DNA of 64,000 nucleotides, from the NCBI GenBank assembly GCA_964348065.1, contig CAYGBE010000214.1, positions 66,572-130,571 on the forward strand, given 5' to 3'. A program made the position numbers and the translations under genes. This document shows, one piece after another, positions 17,482 through 25,913 of the stretch. The notes beneath the pieces are model-generated. The model had not been told where the DNA came from and searched no databases. It saw only the letters and a program-made list of their open reading frames with translations. Each line of letters starts with the position of its first letter. The stretch's first letter is position 1. The DNA is from an uncultured archaeon (lineage in GTDB: Archaea > Aenigmatarchaeota > Aenigmatarchaeia > Aenigmatarchaeales > Aenigmatarchaeaceae).

Positions 17482-18267
17482 TCATCCAAAGAACAGAATT
17501 ATCTCAGCAGAAGAAACTTCATACCTTGTGTTGGGTTCTGTAGAAAATTTAATTGTATTGTTCCCAGCTTTAAGAGTATTGGTAGAAAAGTCTGTGTAAA
17601 TAGTTGTTACACCACTATAAATCTTAACATCGTTTACCATAACATCAAGCTTACCAGGTCCCTCTCTATCAGCATAAACAATGATTCTTGCCCTATTCAA
17701 GTAATTTTTTTCTTTATCAGTTAAATCAAAAGTAAAACTTTTAGCTCTTTCACCAGTATAATCAACAACCACATCTAAATCAAAAATATAAACAGTTGGA
17801 GCCCATAATCTCCATCCAGAACTTTCTGCACCTATTTCTAATATATTATTTCTTTCTAGAATACTATTATCAAAACCAATTAGTATTTCTCCAACAGGAG
17901 GATGATCTCTATAAACCTCCTTTTCATTAATTAAAATCACTAATTTACCATAATAGTTTGCATTCCAAACTTTAAGTTTTAAAAATGAATCAAAAACCTC
18001 TTCAATATCAGAAACTTGAAAACCTATTCTTTTCTCATCTACAGCAAAAATACCATTAGAAACTTCTCCACCAACATGGCTTGCTGTTTCTTCACCAGTT
18101 GTATAAAAAACATTAAAACTATGGAACTCTATTGTTCTGTCAGCAGGCAAACCAATACGAGTAGTTGTGCTAGAAGGACCAAAAATAAAGCCACCTCCTC
18201 CAAAAACTAGCAAAAGTCCGATTAAACAAATGATTCCTATTACCAAAATGGGAAGGAAGTCTGGCAT
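17482..18267 (-). CDS. single-pass membrane protein with an internally duplicated extracellular domain (first gene of the cluster)
   Basis: N-terminal TM (LPILVIGIICLIGLLLVF). Two similar halves: GKLVILINEKEVY...ERNNILEIGAES and GKLDVMVNDVKIY...KAGNNTIKFSTE. Confidence 0.5.
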   Translation of the reverse strand: MPDFLPILVIGIICLIGLLLVFGGGGFIFGPSSTTTRIGLPADRTIEFHSFNVFYTTGEETASHVGGEVSNGIFAVDEKRIGFQVSDIEEVFDSFLKLKVWNANYYGKLVILINEKEVYRDHPPVGEILIGFDNSILERNNILEIGAESSGWRLWAPTVYIFDLDVVVDYTGERAKSFTFDLTDKEKNYLNRARIIVYADREGPGKLDVMVNDVKIYSGVTTIYTDFSTNTLKAGNNTIKFSTEPNTRYEVSSAEIILFFG

Positions 18268-18304
18268 AGTTGATATTTAAACCCATAAGAATAAAAATAT
18301 TCTC

Positions 18305-19321
18305 ATGCGCTCAAGATTTGATTTAAAGCACGATATAGCAAAAATAACACCAAATTCAAAAGAGGACTTATTCATATTAAAAGAAGTCATAACTCCTGGA
18401 TGTTTTGTTACTGCAAAGTCTCCTAGAAGTATTAAAATAAGAAGAGAAGGAGAGCTGATAAGAGCAAAAAAGGGAAGAAAAGAAGTAATAATGAAAATTG
18501 AAGTTGAGAAAATTGAGTTAAAAGATAATTTAAGACTAACTGGAAAGATTTTAGAAGCTCCTGAAAAAGTGGAAAGAGGATATCACACAATAGAAGTTGA
18601 GCCCAACAAGTTTTTGAGAATAGAAAAAGAATGGAAGTCCTGGGAAGTTGATAGAGTCAAATCTGCCGAAAGAAAACCAGAACCAGTTTTAATATGTATT
18701 TTAGATGAAGATGAAGCTGATTTTTATTTTTTGAAAACAAGATATAAACATCTATTTAATTTAACTTCTAAAGCAAGTGGAAAAAGGTTTGATGCTAAAA
18801 AAGCTGAAAAACAAATAAAGGAATATTATGATAAAATATTGAATGAATTGAAAAAAAGGTCTAAAACAGTCAAAAAAATTGTGATTGCTGGTCCTGGATT
18901 TGCAAGAGAGAACTTACAAAATTTGATTAAACAAAGGGAAAAGGATTTGTTAGATAAATTAATGATGGAATTCACGTATCAAACAGGAAATTTGGGTTTA
19001 CAAGAACTGTTGAAAAAAGGTTTAATAGAAAAAATAACTAAGTACAGTAGAATTTCTCAAGAAACAAAAGCTGTTGAAAAATTGTTAGAAGCAATTAATA
19101 AAAATAGAAAAGCTGTTTATGGTTTGGAAAAAACCAAAGAAGCCTTAGAAAACGGTTTAATTGATTTTCTTTTAGTTTCTGATATTAAGATTAGAGAATT
19201 TGAAGAATTGTTAGATTTATCAGACAAAATGAAATGTAAAATAATGATTATTAATTCTGAACATGCTGCTGGAGAAAAACTAATTGGATTGGGTGGAATA
19301 GCAGGATTACTAAAATATTAA
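18305..19321 (+). CDS. pelA: protein pelota (Dom34 homolog, no-go/non-stop mRNA surveillance)
   Basis: 338 aa. The N-terminal Sm-like domain pattern (KITPNSKEDLFILKEVITPGCFV...), eRF1-like central and C-terminal domains, and overall length fit archaeal pelota. Confidence 0.8.
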   Translation: MRSRFDLKHDIAKITPNSKEDLFILKEVITPGCFVTAKSPRSIKIRREGELIRAKKGRKEVIMKIEVEKIELKDNLRLTGKILEAPEKVERGYHTIEVEPNKFLRIEKEWKSWEVDRVKSAERKPEPVLICILDEDEADFYFLKTRYKHLFNLTSKASGKRFDAKKAEKQIKEYYDKILNELKKRSKTVKKIVIAGPGFARENLQNLIKQREKDLLDKLMMEFTYQTGNLGLQELLKKGLIEKITKYSRISQETKAVEKLLEAINKNRKAVYGLEKTKEALENGLIDFLLVSDIKIREFEELLDLSDKMKCKIMIINSEHAAGEKLIGLGGIAGLLKY

Positions 19322-19331
19322 AGGATAAGGA

Positions 19332-19700
19332 TTATTTTTTACGTCCTCTTCCACTGCCGCCACATCTTCCGTATTGCGTACAATCTCCTGGATTTGACCA
19401 TGAACATGTGTACCAACTTTTAGTGCATATCAATGTGTCTCCTGAACATGAAGAATAATAACCGCTTGGACATGAATACGATGTTGTTACATTCGCATAG
19501 CTTATACAATGTAGAGAACCCTCTGGATAACAATTAGCAAACCATGTGTCACCAGGACATGTGTATGTTCTTGTATCTTCACACTTCCACCTATAACCAG
19601 TATATTGACCCGCAGAGCTTAAACCAAAGGAATACCAAAGAGCAACTACAATCACTATTATTACTAAAACGATTATAGCATACAAAATTGTTTTGTTCAT
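19332..19700 (-). CDS. small secreted Cys-rich protein (14 Cys in ~90 aa)
   Basis: N-terminal anchor MNKTILYAIIVLVIIVIVVALWY, shared with 22175-23140. Mature part is rich in C/Y/W/S/T/G and ends GGSGRGRKK. Confidence 0.5.
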   Translation of the reverse strand: MNKTILYAIIVLVIIVIVVALWYSFGLSSAGQYTGYRWKCEDTRTYTCPGDTWFANCYPEGSLHCISYANVTTSYSCPSGYYSSCSGDTLICTKSWYTCSWSNPGDCTQYGRCGGSGRGRKK

Positions 19701-19748
19701 GTAAAAAATTTACAATATTTTAAATATAAACTTTTCTATAATCTAAAC

Positions 19749-20504
19749 ATGATTGACAAGCTTTTAAGAGCTAAATTAATTGAGAAAAAACCTTGGTATG
19801 GAATTATATTAGGATTTCTTTTTGCGAGTTTAGGAATAATATTTGCATTTCTTATTTTTAAGACAGAACCTTCTTTTCCTGCAGTTTTTCTAACAACATT
19901 GGCTGCAGCCCCTTTAATTGTTAAATTAATTAAAAGTGAAAAAAAGGAAAAAAACATATTAAGAAGACATGAAAAAATAATTGGGGTTTATTTTTATTTG
20001 TTTTTTGGAATGACAATTGCATTTGCCTTGTTTAATGCATTTTTACCAGTTGAGATTTCAAATTCTATTTTTAGTGAACAATTAAACAAATTTTCTGCAG
20101 GATATTTTACAGAACAAACTCAACTATTTTTTGAAATAGTTTTAAACAATCTTGGTTTGGTTCTATTCTTTTTCTTATTATCTTTATTTTATGGTTCAGG
20201 TTCAATGTTTCTTTTAGCTTGGAACTCTTCTATACTTGGAGTAATGTGGGGCAACATATTGAAAATTTCACTTTATATGATGGATCCGTTTAATTTTGTT
20301 AGAAATGTTTTTTTCATATTTCCTTTCTTGTTACCCGAAATTGAAGCTTACTTTTTAGCTTCAATAGCCGGGGGTATAGTTTCTGTGAATTTAGAGAACA
20401 AGAAAAAATTAGAAACTGCAATGAATGATTCTTTGTTATTCTTAATATTGTCTATAGTTCTGATAATAGTTGCTGGAGTTATAGAAGTTGTTTTGATTTC
20501 ATAA
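19749..20504 (+). CDS. SpoIIM-like (DUF95) integral membrane protein
   Basis: About 6 TM helices. NNLGLVLFFFLLSLFYGSGSMFLLAWNSSILG and FPFLLPEIEAYFLASIAGG resemble the stage II sporulation protein M family pattern. Confidence 0.5.
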   Translation: MIDKLLRAKLIEKKPWYGIILGFLFASLGIIFAFLIFKTEPSFPAVFLTTLAAAPLIVKLIKSEKKEKNILRRHEKIIGVYFYLFFGMTIAFALFNAFLPVEISNSIFSEQLNKFSAGYFTEQTQLFFEIVLNNLGLVLFFFLLSLFYGSGSMFLLAWNSSILGVMWGNILKISLYMMDPFNFVRNVFFIFPFLLPEIEAYFLASIAGGIVSVNLENKKKLETAMNDSLLFLILSIVLIIVAGVIEVVLIS

Positions 20505-21356
20505 TTAAGTAATTGTTATTGATGAATTTGTTGAATGTATTATATCACCACTTTTACCATTGGTTGTTATTGTAAAATTACCTAACACAGTATTTAATGC
20601 AGTTGTAACAGTTAACAAAGATGCTGCAAATCCTCCTGAAGTAATATTAACTGGATTTGGAGAATAAGAACACATGGCTCCAGTTGCACAATTAGAAGTA
20701 TACAAATTAACTAAACCTGTAAAATTATTAAGTGAAGTTATATTAATTGCAAATGTAGCTTTCTGTTCAAAAACTTTTTTATGAGTAGGTATTGATTCCA
20801 TTGAAAAATCTTTCATGCAAGTCTGATTAAATGCACATCTTGTTTCCACATCACAATATTGTGGTTCGCATTTTCTAGTCAAGTACATTTGAGAAGTACA
20901 AGATCCACCACAACCTCGATTAACCCATTCTGTACAAACACAATATTTAGGTTTAACAGTTAGATAATAGGTTATGGTTTTTTCAATATCAAAACCAACT
21001 GCAAAAATATTTATTATATAAGTTCCTGTTGGTGTTAATTCTGTTGGCGTAATATTTAATTGTGAAGTATAAGTCGGATTAGCATTTTTTATTGATAAAG
21101 AGCAGGTTGTATGTTTTGGACAATTTGAAACATTTAATTCAACAGGTCCAGTTTTTTCTAAATCAGAAAAAACTATGACTGTAGAAATTATAGAATTTTC
21201 TTGACTAACTTCTCCTTCATCTGAATCTAAATGAATACTAAAATCAAATGGTTTTTGAATAACTTGAAGTAAGAATTCCAAAAAGAACCATCCAGCAAAA
21301 AATATTAGAAAAATGATTAATAAAGATATTACTTGTAAAAATGTTTTCTTTTTCAT
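20505..21356 (-). CDS. secreted surface protein with two Ig-like modules flanking a Cys-rich linker
   Basis: N-terminal anchor. Modules SNCPKHTTCSLS...LTPTGTYIINIFAVG and SNCATGAMCSYSP...VLGNFTITTNGKSG. Linker is KYCVCTEWVNRGCGGSCTSQMYLTRKCEPQYCDVETRCAFNQTC. Confidence 0.5.
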   Translation of the reverse strand: MKKKTFLQVISLLIIFLIFFAGWFFLEFLLQVIQKPFDFSIHLDSDEGEVSQENSIISTVIVFSDLEKTGPVELNVSNCPKHTTCSLSIKNANPTYTSQLNITPTELTPTGTYIINIFAVGFDIEKTITYYLTVKPKYCVCTEWVNRGCGGSCTSQMYLTRKCEPQYCDVETRCAFNQTCMKDFSMESIPTHKKVFEQKATFAINITSLNNFTGLVNLYTSNCATGAMCSYSPNPVNITSGGFAASLLTVTTALNTVLGNFTITTNGKSGDIIHSTNSSITIT

Positions 21357-21386
21357 AAATAATTTTTATAATAATTAGATAATAAA

Positions 21387-21459
21387 TGGACCCGTCGGGA
21401 CTTGAACCCGAAACCTCCACCATGCCAAGGTGGCGATCTTCCAATTGATCTACAGGCCC
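21387..21459 (-). tRNA. tRNA-Ala (anticodon GGC)
   Basis: The reverse complement folds as GGGCCTG..CGGGTCC with the G3:U70 Ala identity pair. Anticodon arm is CCACC-TTGGCAT-GGTGG. Confidence 0.9.
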
Positions 21460-21467
21460 ATAAATAG

Positions 21468-21540
21468 TGGGCCAGGGGAGATTCGAACTCCCGACCTCCA
21501 CGGTGTAAGCGTGGCGTCATAACCACTAGACCACCGGCCC
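21468..21540 (-). tRNA. tRNA-Val (anticodon UAC)
   Basis: Reverse complement: GGGCCGG..CTGGCCC acceptor, CCACG-CTTACAC-CGTGG anticodon arm, GGGAG-TTCGAAT-CTCCC T-arm. Confidence 0.9.
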
Positions 21541-21588
21541 ATAAAGAACATTAAAACTTATAACATATAAAAAATTAACTAAAATAAT

Positions 21589-22152
21589 ATGTGTATGAAA
21601 CTTACAAGAAAATTTTATTCAAGAAACACAAAAACAGTTGCAAAAGAATTATTAGGAAAAATTCTAATTAATGGAAAATGTAAAGGAAAAATAGTTGAAA
21701 CTGAAGCCTATTTAGGAAAAAATGATCCTGGATCTGCTGGTTGCAGAAAAATTAAAAATATTCCTAAAGCATTGTTGAAACCGCCGGGACATGCTTTTGT
21801 TTATTTTACTTATGGAAATCATTGGATGTTTAATGTTGTTACTGAAAAAGAAGGTGTGCCAGGAGCTGTTTTAATAAGGGCTGTAGAACCTTTAAGTGGA
21901 ATTGAAATAATGAAAAGAAGAAGAAAAATAAAAGATATTAAGAGTCTTACTAACGGACCTGGTAAATTAACAAAAGCTTTTGGTATTGATAAAAAACATA
22001 ATGAATTAGATTTAACAAAAGGTAATCTGTTTTTAGAAAATTCTAATGAAAAATTTAAAATTGTTACAACAACTAGAATTGGTCTTTCTAAAGGTCAGGA
22101 AAAATTATTAAGATTTTATATCAAAAATAATGAATTTGTTTCAAAAAAATAA
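21589..22152 (+). CDS. mpg: DNA-3-methyladenine glycosylase (MPG/AAG family)
   Basis: FYSRNTKTVAKELLGKIL, VETEAYLGKNDPGSAG, PGHAFVYFTYGNHWMFNVV, AVLIRAVEP and NGPGKLTKAFGI are classic MPG-family motifs. Confidence 0.85.
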   Translation: MCMKLTRKFYSRNTKTVAKELLGKILINGKCKGKIVETEAYLGKNDPGSAGCRKIKNIPKALLKPPGHAFVYFTYGNHWMFNVVTEKEGVPGAVLIRAVEPLSGIEIMKRRRKIKDIKSLTNGPGKLTKAFGIDKKHNELDLTKGNLFLENSNEKFKIVTTTRIGLSKGQEKLLRFYIKNNEFVSKK

Positions 22153-22174
22153 AAGAAAAAAGGTAAAAATAAGT

Positions 22175-23140
22175 TTAAATTGGAACTTCAAGGCTAATTG
22201 TTTTTTCTTGGTGTTGATATACTGTATCTTCTTTGAAATCAACTGTTGAATTTAAAAATACATTTGCAGTATTTGTAATGCCTGAAGTATCTATGTCCAT
22301 TAAGCCGAAAACTGTGTTATCTTGTAATGTTCGTGTAGATCTGATAGTTAAGGTAAAGATTTCATAAAATCCTGTAAACAAAGGTGTTGTAGGCGTTACT
22401 ATAACGAAAAGACCTGAGGTTTCATTTCCAATAAAACCTGTTGCATTAAGTAATACCCTGTAATCTTTAGTAGCAGTATTATGCGGAACGCATTTACATT
22501 CAGTATCACATAGACCTGGACATGCTGAATCATCTGTCCCATCACACTGTTCTCCACACTCTGCTATATTGTTTCCACACTCTACTCTTCTGCTGCAATC
22601 AGCAGTGCACCCAGGATATGGGTTACAATCTAAATTATTACCATCATCACATACTTCTCCAGATTCTAAAATAGCGTTTCCACAAATTGCAGATGGCAAA
22701 GAATTAACTGTTAATGTATAAGTTGTGCTCCTTCTCCTACCTCCACCAGCTCCATTTATGGTTATCAGATGAGAACCTAAAGGTGTTGCCTCACTAGTTT
22801 CAATTGTTAATGTAGAAGAGAAAGTTGGTTTTCCACTTCCAGGATTTAAACTACATGTTGTATATACAGGACAATTTTCTGTGTATAATACAACGCTTTT
22901 TGATTTACCTTTTAACAGAGCTGCTGTTATTGTAGATGTTATAGAATGGCCTTGAGTTACTGTTCCGCTACTTGGATTTGCTGATAAACTGAAATCAAAT
23001 TTGCCACTGTCTCCCCCATTAGGTGGTTTTCCTGGTATTCCTCCCTTAAATGCACCTACTGGAGTTGTAAAACTCCACATGACCACTACAAACACTAGAA
23101 CAACCAGAACAGTTATTGAATATAAAATTGTTTTGTTCAT
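22175..23140 (-). CDS. secreted surface protein: Ig-like module plus two Myxococcus-type cysteine-rich repeats
   Basis: MNKTILY anchor. Module ENCPVYTTCSLNP...ATPLGSHLITINGAGG. Repeats CGNAILESGEVCDDGNNLDCNPYPGCTADC and CGNNIAECGEQCDGTDDSACPGLCDTEC match the CGNGxxExGExCDDGN pattern. Confidence 0.6.
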   Translation of the reverse strand: MNKTILYSITVLVVLVFVVVMWSFTTPVGAFKGGIPGKPPNGGDSGKFDFSLSANPSSGTVTQGHSITSTITAALLKGKSKSVVLYTENCPVYTTCSLNPGSGKPTFSSTLTIETSEATPLGSHLITINGAGGGRRRSTTYTLTVNSLPSAICGNAILESGEVCDDGNNLDCNPYPGCTADCSRRVECGNNIAECGEQCDGTDDSACPGLCDTECKCVPHNTATKDYRVLLNATGFIGNETSGLFVIVTPTTPLFTGFYEIFTLTIRSTRTLQDNTVFGLMDIDTSGITNTANVFLNSTVDFKEDTVYQHQEKTISLEVPI

Positions 23141-23179
23141 GTTATGTATATTAAAAAATTGGCTTATAAAAATAAGTAG

Positions 23180-23294
23180 TGGGCGAGGAGAGATTTGAAC
23201 TCTCGACCACTAGTTTCTACAGAACGTAGCCACAAAAAATGACTAAGCGTCATTTTATAAGACTAGCGCTCTAACCAGACTGAGCTACCCGCCC
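23180..23294 (-). tRNA. tRNA-Ile (anticodon UAU) with a 40-nt intron at 37/38
   Basis: Reverse complement: GGGCGGG-TA-GCTC..GAGC-G-CTAGT-CTTATA[40-nt intron]A-ACTAG-TGGTC-GAGAG-TTCAAAT-CTCTC-CTCGCCC-A. Total 115 nt, 75 nt mature. Confidence 0.8.
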
Positions 23295-23335
23295 AATATA
23301 GATTATTCTTAATATTATAATTTAAAAATCTTTAG

Positions 23336-24040
23336 TTAAAGGTATTTCAATATTTCTCTTAAATCTTTTTTATCTATTATAACATCACATTCTTTTTTTA
23401 ATTCATCTCTAGCATTAAAAGCAATTGGCAAACCTACTTTCTTTGCTAGATAAATATCATTAACTCCATCGCCAACAAGAGCACATTCTTCTGATTTTAA
23501 ATTTAAACTTGAAATCAAAGCATTAAAAATATGAACCTTTCCTTCATAATCAAAAGGTAAAATCAACCAATCTTTTAATTTATTGTTTTCAAAAATCAAA
23601 GAACAAGAAACAATAACAAAATCTATTTTAAGCTCTTTTCTAGCTCTAGCTCCAAGCTCATAAAAACTGCCGCTTATTATAGCTGTAAGTATGTTTTTCT
23701 TTTTTAATTTTTCTAATGTTTCTTTTGCTCCTTTCATTAATGGTAAACTGTTAATTACACCAAAAAATTTTTCCTTTGTAAGTCCATAATTCTTAAAAAC
23801 AGTAAGTGCTTCATTTGGCCATTCCATATAAGTTTTATGTCCACCGATTGCCCATTTTTTCATAAGTCTTTCATTTTCTTTTTGAGCATTTAATTTATTA
23901 TAAATAACGCCCCATGTGCTTGCAGCAACTTTTTTACGTGTTTCAAAATATCCAACATCAAAAAGTACATTATCCATATCAAATACGACTAGTTTTATTG
24001 GCATACCATCACAATTATTATAAACTTTATTATTTAACAA
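23336..24040 (-). CDS. HAD-superfamily hydrolase (phosphoserine-phosphatase-like, subfamily IB)
   Basis: Motif I VVFDMDNVLFD; motif III/IV K...GDGVNDIYLAKKVGLPIAFNA. Confidence 0.7.
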   Translation of the reverse strand: MLNNKVYNNCDGMPIKLVVFDMDNVLFDVGYFETRKKVAASTWGVIYNKLNAQKENERLMKKWAIGGHKTYMEWPNEALTVFKNYGLTKEKFFGVINSLPLMKGAKETLEKLKKKNILTAIISGSFYELGARARKELKIDFVIVSCSLIFENNKLKDWLILPFDYEGKVHIFNALISSLNLKSEECALVGDGVNDIYLAKKVGLPIAFNARDELKKECDVIIDKKDLREILKYL

Positions 24041-24046
24041 TTAAAT

Positions 24047-24940
24047 ATGTTAAACTTAAGACAAGAAGTTCAAGGATTTTTAGAAAAAAGCGATTATGTT
24101 ACTTGCGAGTATAAAGGTTGTTTTGATATAGCAGCCAAAAAAGATGTCTTATTATTACTAAAAATCTTACTAAACATTGATAGTTTTCAAAGAGAACAAG
24201 CTAAAAACCTTAAAATCATATCAAATAATCTTGATGCTCATCCTTTTTTAATAGGAATTCAAACTAACAGAGAAAAACTACAAAAAGGAATAGTTTATGA
24301 AAGATATGAAACACCAACTGTTTCTCTAAAAACATTTGAAGATCTAATAGTTAATTCAATATTTCCTAGAATTTATAGAGACAAAGGAGGAATGTATGTA
24401 GAAATTGATTCTGCAATATTAAGAGAAATAAGAAAGAAAAAAGGTTTAACTCAAAGAGAATTAGCAGAAGCTGTTGGAATAAATAAAAAAGTTATTTATG
24501 AACATGAGAAAAAACAGTTAAGAATGTTACTAGAAATTGCTGAAAAAATAGAAAGAACCCTTAATCAAAAAATAATAAAATCAATAGAAGTTTTCAAAAA
24601 ATACGAAGAACATGGACATCCTGAAGATTCTATAGAAAGAGGAGTTAAAAAACATTTAGAAAAATTAGGATTTAAAACTGACTTTGTAAAACAAGCTCCT
24701 TTAGATGTTTTTGCTAAAGAAAAATCATTAGTTTTATCAGATGTGGAAATAAACAGAAGAAAAATGATAAAACATGCTGCAAGTTTAAAAGATTTTATAA
24801 ATGTGGTAAAAAAACCTGCTGTTCTTATAACTGAAAAGGCTAAAGACGAAGAAATAAAAGGAATACCTGTAATTGAAAGAAAGAAGTTAAAAGAAATGGA
24901 TAAAAAAGAATTGATTAAAAAGGCTAAAGAATCTATTTAA
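24047..24940 (+). CDS. archaeal HTH (XRE-type) transcriptional regulator, COG1395-like
   Basis: Central HTH_3 segment LREIRKKKGLTQRELAEAVGINKKVIYEHEKKQ. Length and flanking domains fit the 'putative HTH-type transcriptional regulatory protein' family conserved in archaea. Confidence 0.6.
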   Translation: MLNLRQEVQGFLEKSDYVTCEYKGCFDIAAKKDVLLLLKILLNIDSFQREQAKNLKIISNNLDAHPFLIGIQTNREKLQKGIVYERYETPTVSLKTFEDLIVNSIFPRIYRDKGGMYVEIDSAILREIRKKKGLTQRELAEAVGINKKVIYEHEKKQLRMLLEIAEKIERTLNQKIIKSIEVFKKYEEHGHPEDSIERGVKKHLEKLGFKTDFVKQAPLDVFAKEKSLVLSDVEINRRKMIKHAASLKDFINVVKKPAVLITEKAKDEEIKGIPVIERKKLKEMDKKELIKKAKESI

Positions 24941-25007
24941 TTTTTCTTAAATTTTAATCTTGAAAGACTTTTAAATAATATTAAATATCATTTTCATATG
25001 TGAAATT

Positions 25008-25838
25008 ATGGCTTTAATAGATTACTTTACCCCAATGAAAATAATAGAAGCCATATTAGTAATTATAGTGGCATATGCGATTTCAAAACTGTTTGAAAGA
25101 ATTCTTATTAAACCTCTAGAGAAAATGGGTAAAAAAAGAAGTGTTTTAATACCATTGAAAAGGCTAATATCAATAATAATATACATAATTGCACTTATTC
25201 TGATTCTTTTGATTTTCAATGTTAATATAACAGCTGCTATTGCTGGTTTAGGCGTCGGGGCAATAATAATAGGTTTTGGTTTACAAGATATAGTTTCAAA
25301 TTGGATTGCGGGGGTAATAATAACTACTGGAAGGATTTATGCTATTGATGATGTTATTAAGATAGGTGATATAACAGGTATTGTGAAAGATGTAAATCTT
25401 AGATCAACCATACTTACAACCTATGATAGAAATGATGTTATTATTCCCAATTCTACAATTATAAAAGAAAAAGTAATAAATCTAACCAGTGGAAAAAATG
25501 AATCTGTATCTTCAATTGTTTTTCTTATAGATTATACTTCCAGCATAAAAGAAGCCAAAAAAATAATAGAGAATATACTAAAAAAAGATGAAAACGTAGT
25601 AGTTGATGAAAAAAGGAAAAGAGAAATAAGATTTGTTGTAAGAAGCAAAGAATGGACAACAGAAATGGAAATCTTATTTTGGATAAATAAACCTAAAAAC
25701 GAAGAATTCATTAAATCAAGAATTACAGAAGCTATTAAAAAACAATTTGAAAAAGAAAATATATTACCACCAATTCCAGGATTCTTAAGAAAGAATTATT
25801 TAGAATCTAAAATAAAATCTAGAAAAAAAAGAAAATAG
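25008..25838 (+). CDS. mscS: small-conductance mechanosensitive channel (MscS family)
   Basis: 3 TM helices, then GLQDIVSNWIAGVIITTGRIYAIDDVIKIGDITGIVKDVNLRSTILTTYDRNDVIIPNS, the MscS pore-helix/beta-domain signature. Confidence 0.8.
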   Translation: MALIDYFTPMKIIEAILVIIVAYAISKLFERILIKPLEKMGKKRSVLIPLKRLISIIIYIIALILILLIFNVNITAAIAGLGVGAIIIGFGLQDIVSNWIAGVIITTGRIYAIDDVIKIGDITGIVKDVNLRSTILTTYDRNDVIIPNSTIIKEKVINLTSGKNESVSSIVFLIDYTSSIKEAKKIIENILKKDENVVVDEKRKREIRFVVRSKEWTTEMEILFWINKPKNEEFIKSRITEAIKKQFEKENILPPIPGFLRKNYLESKIKSRKKRK

Positions 25839-25913
25839 CCTAATTATCAAAAAACTTATAAAAATTCAATTAACTTTAAAAAAGTCTATTAAGTATAGTT
25901 TCTTGGTGTTTTA

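Noticed and set aside
21244-21501. 85-aa minus-strand ORF spanning 21244-21501
   Set aside because: It overlaps two well-folded tRNA genes (Ala-GGC, Val-UAC) and the 5' end of the neighbouring secreted-protein gene. It is a translation artefact through GC-rich tRNA sequence.
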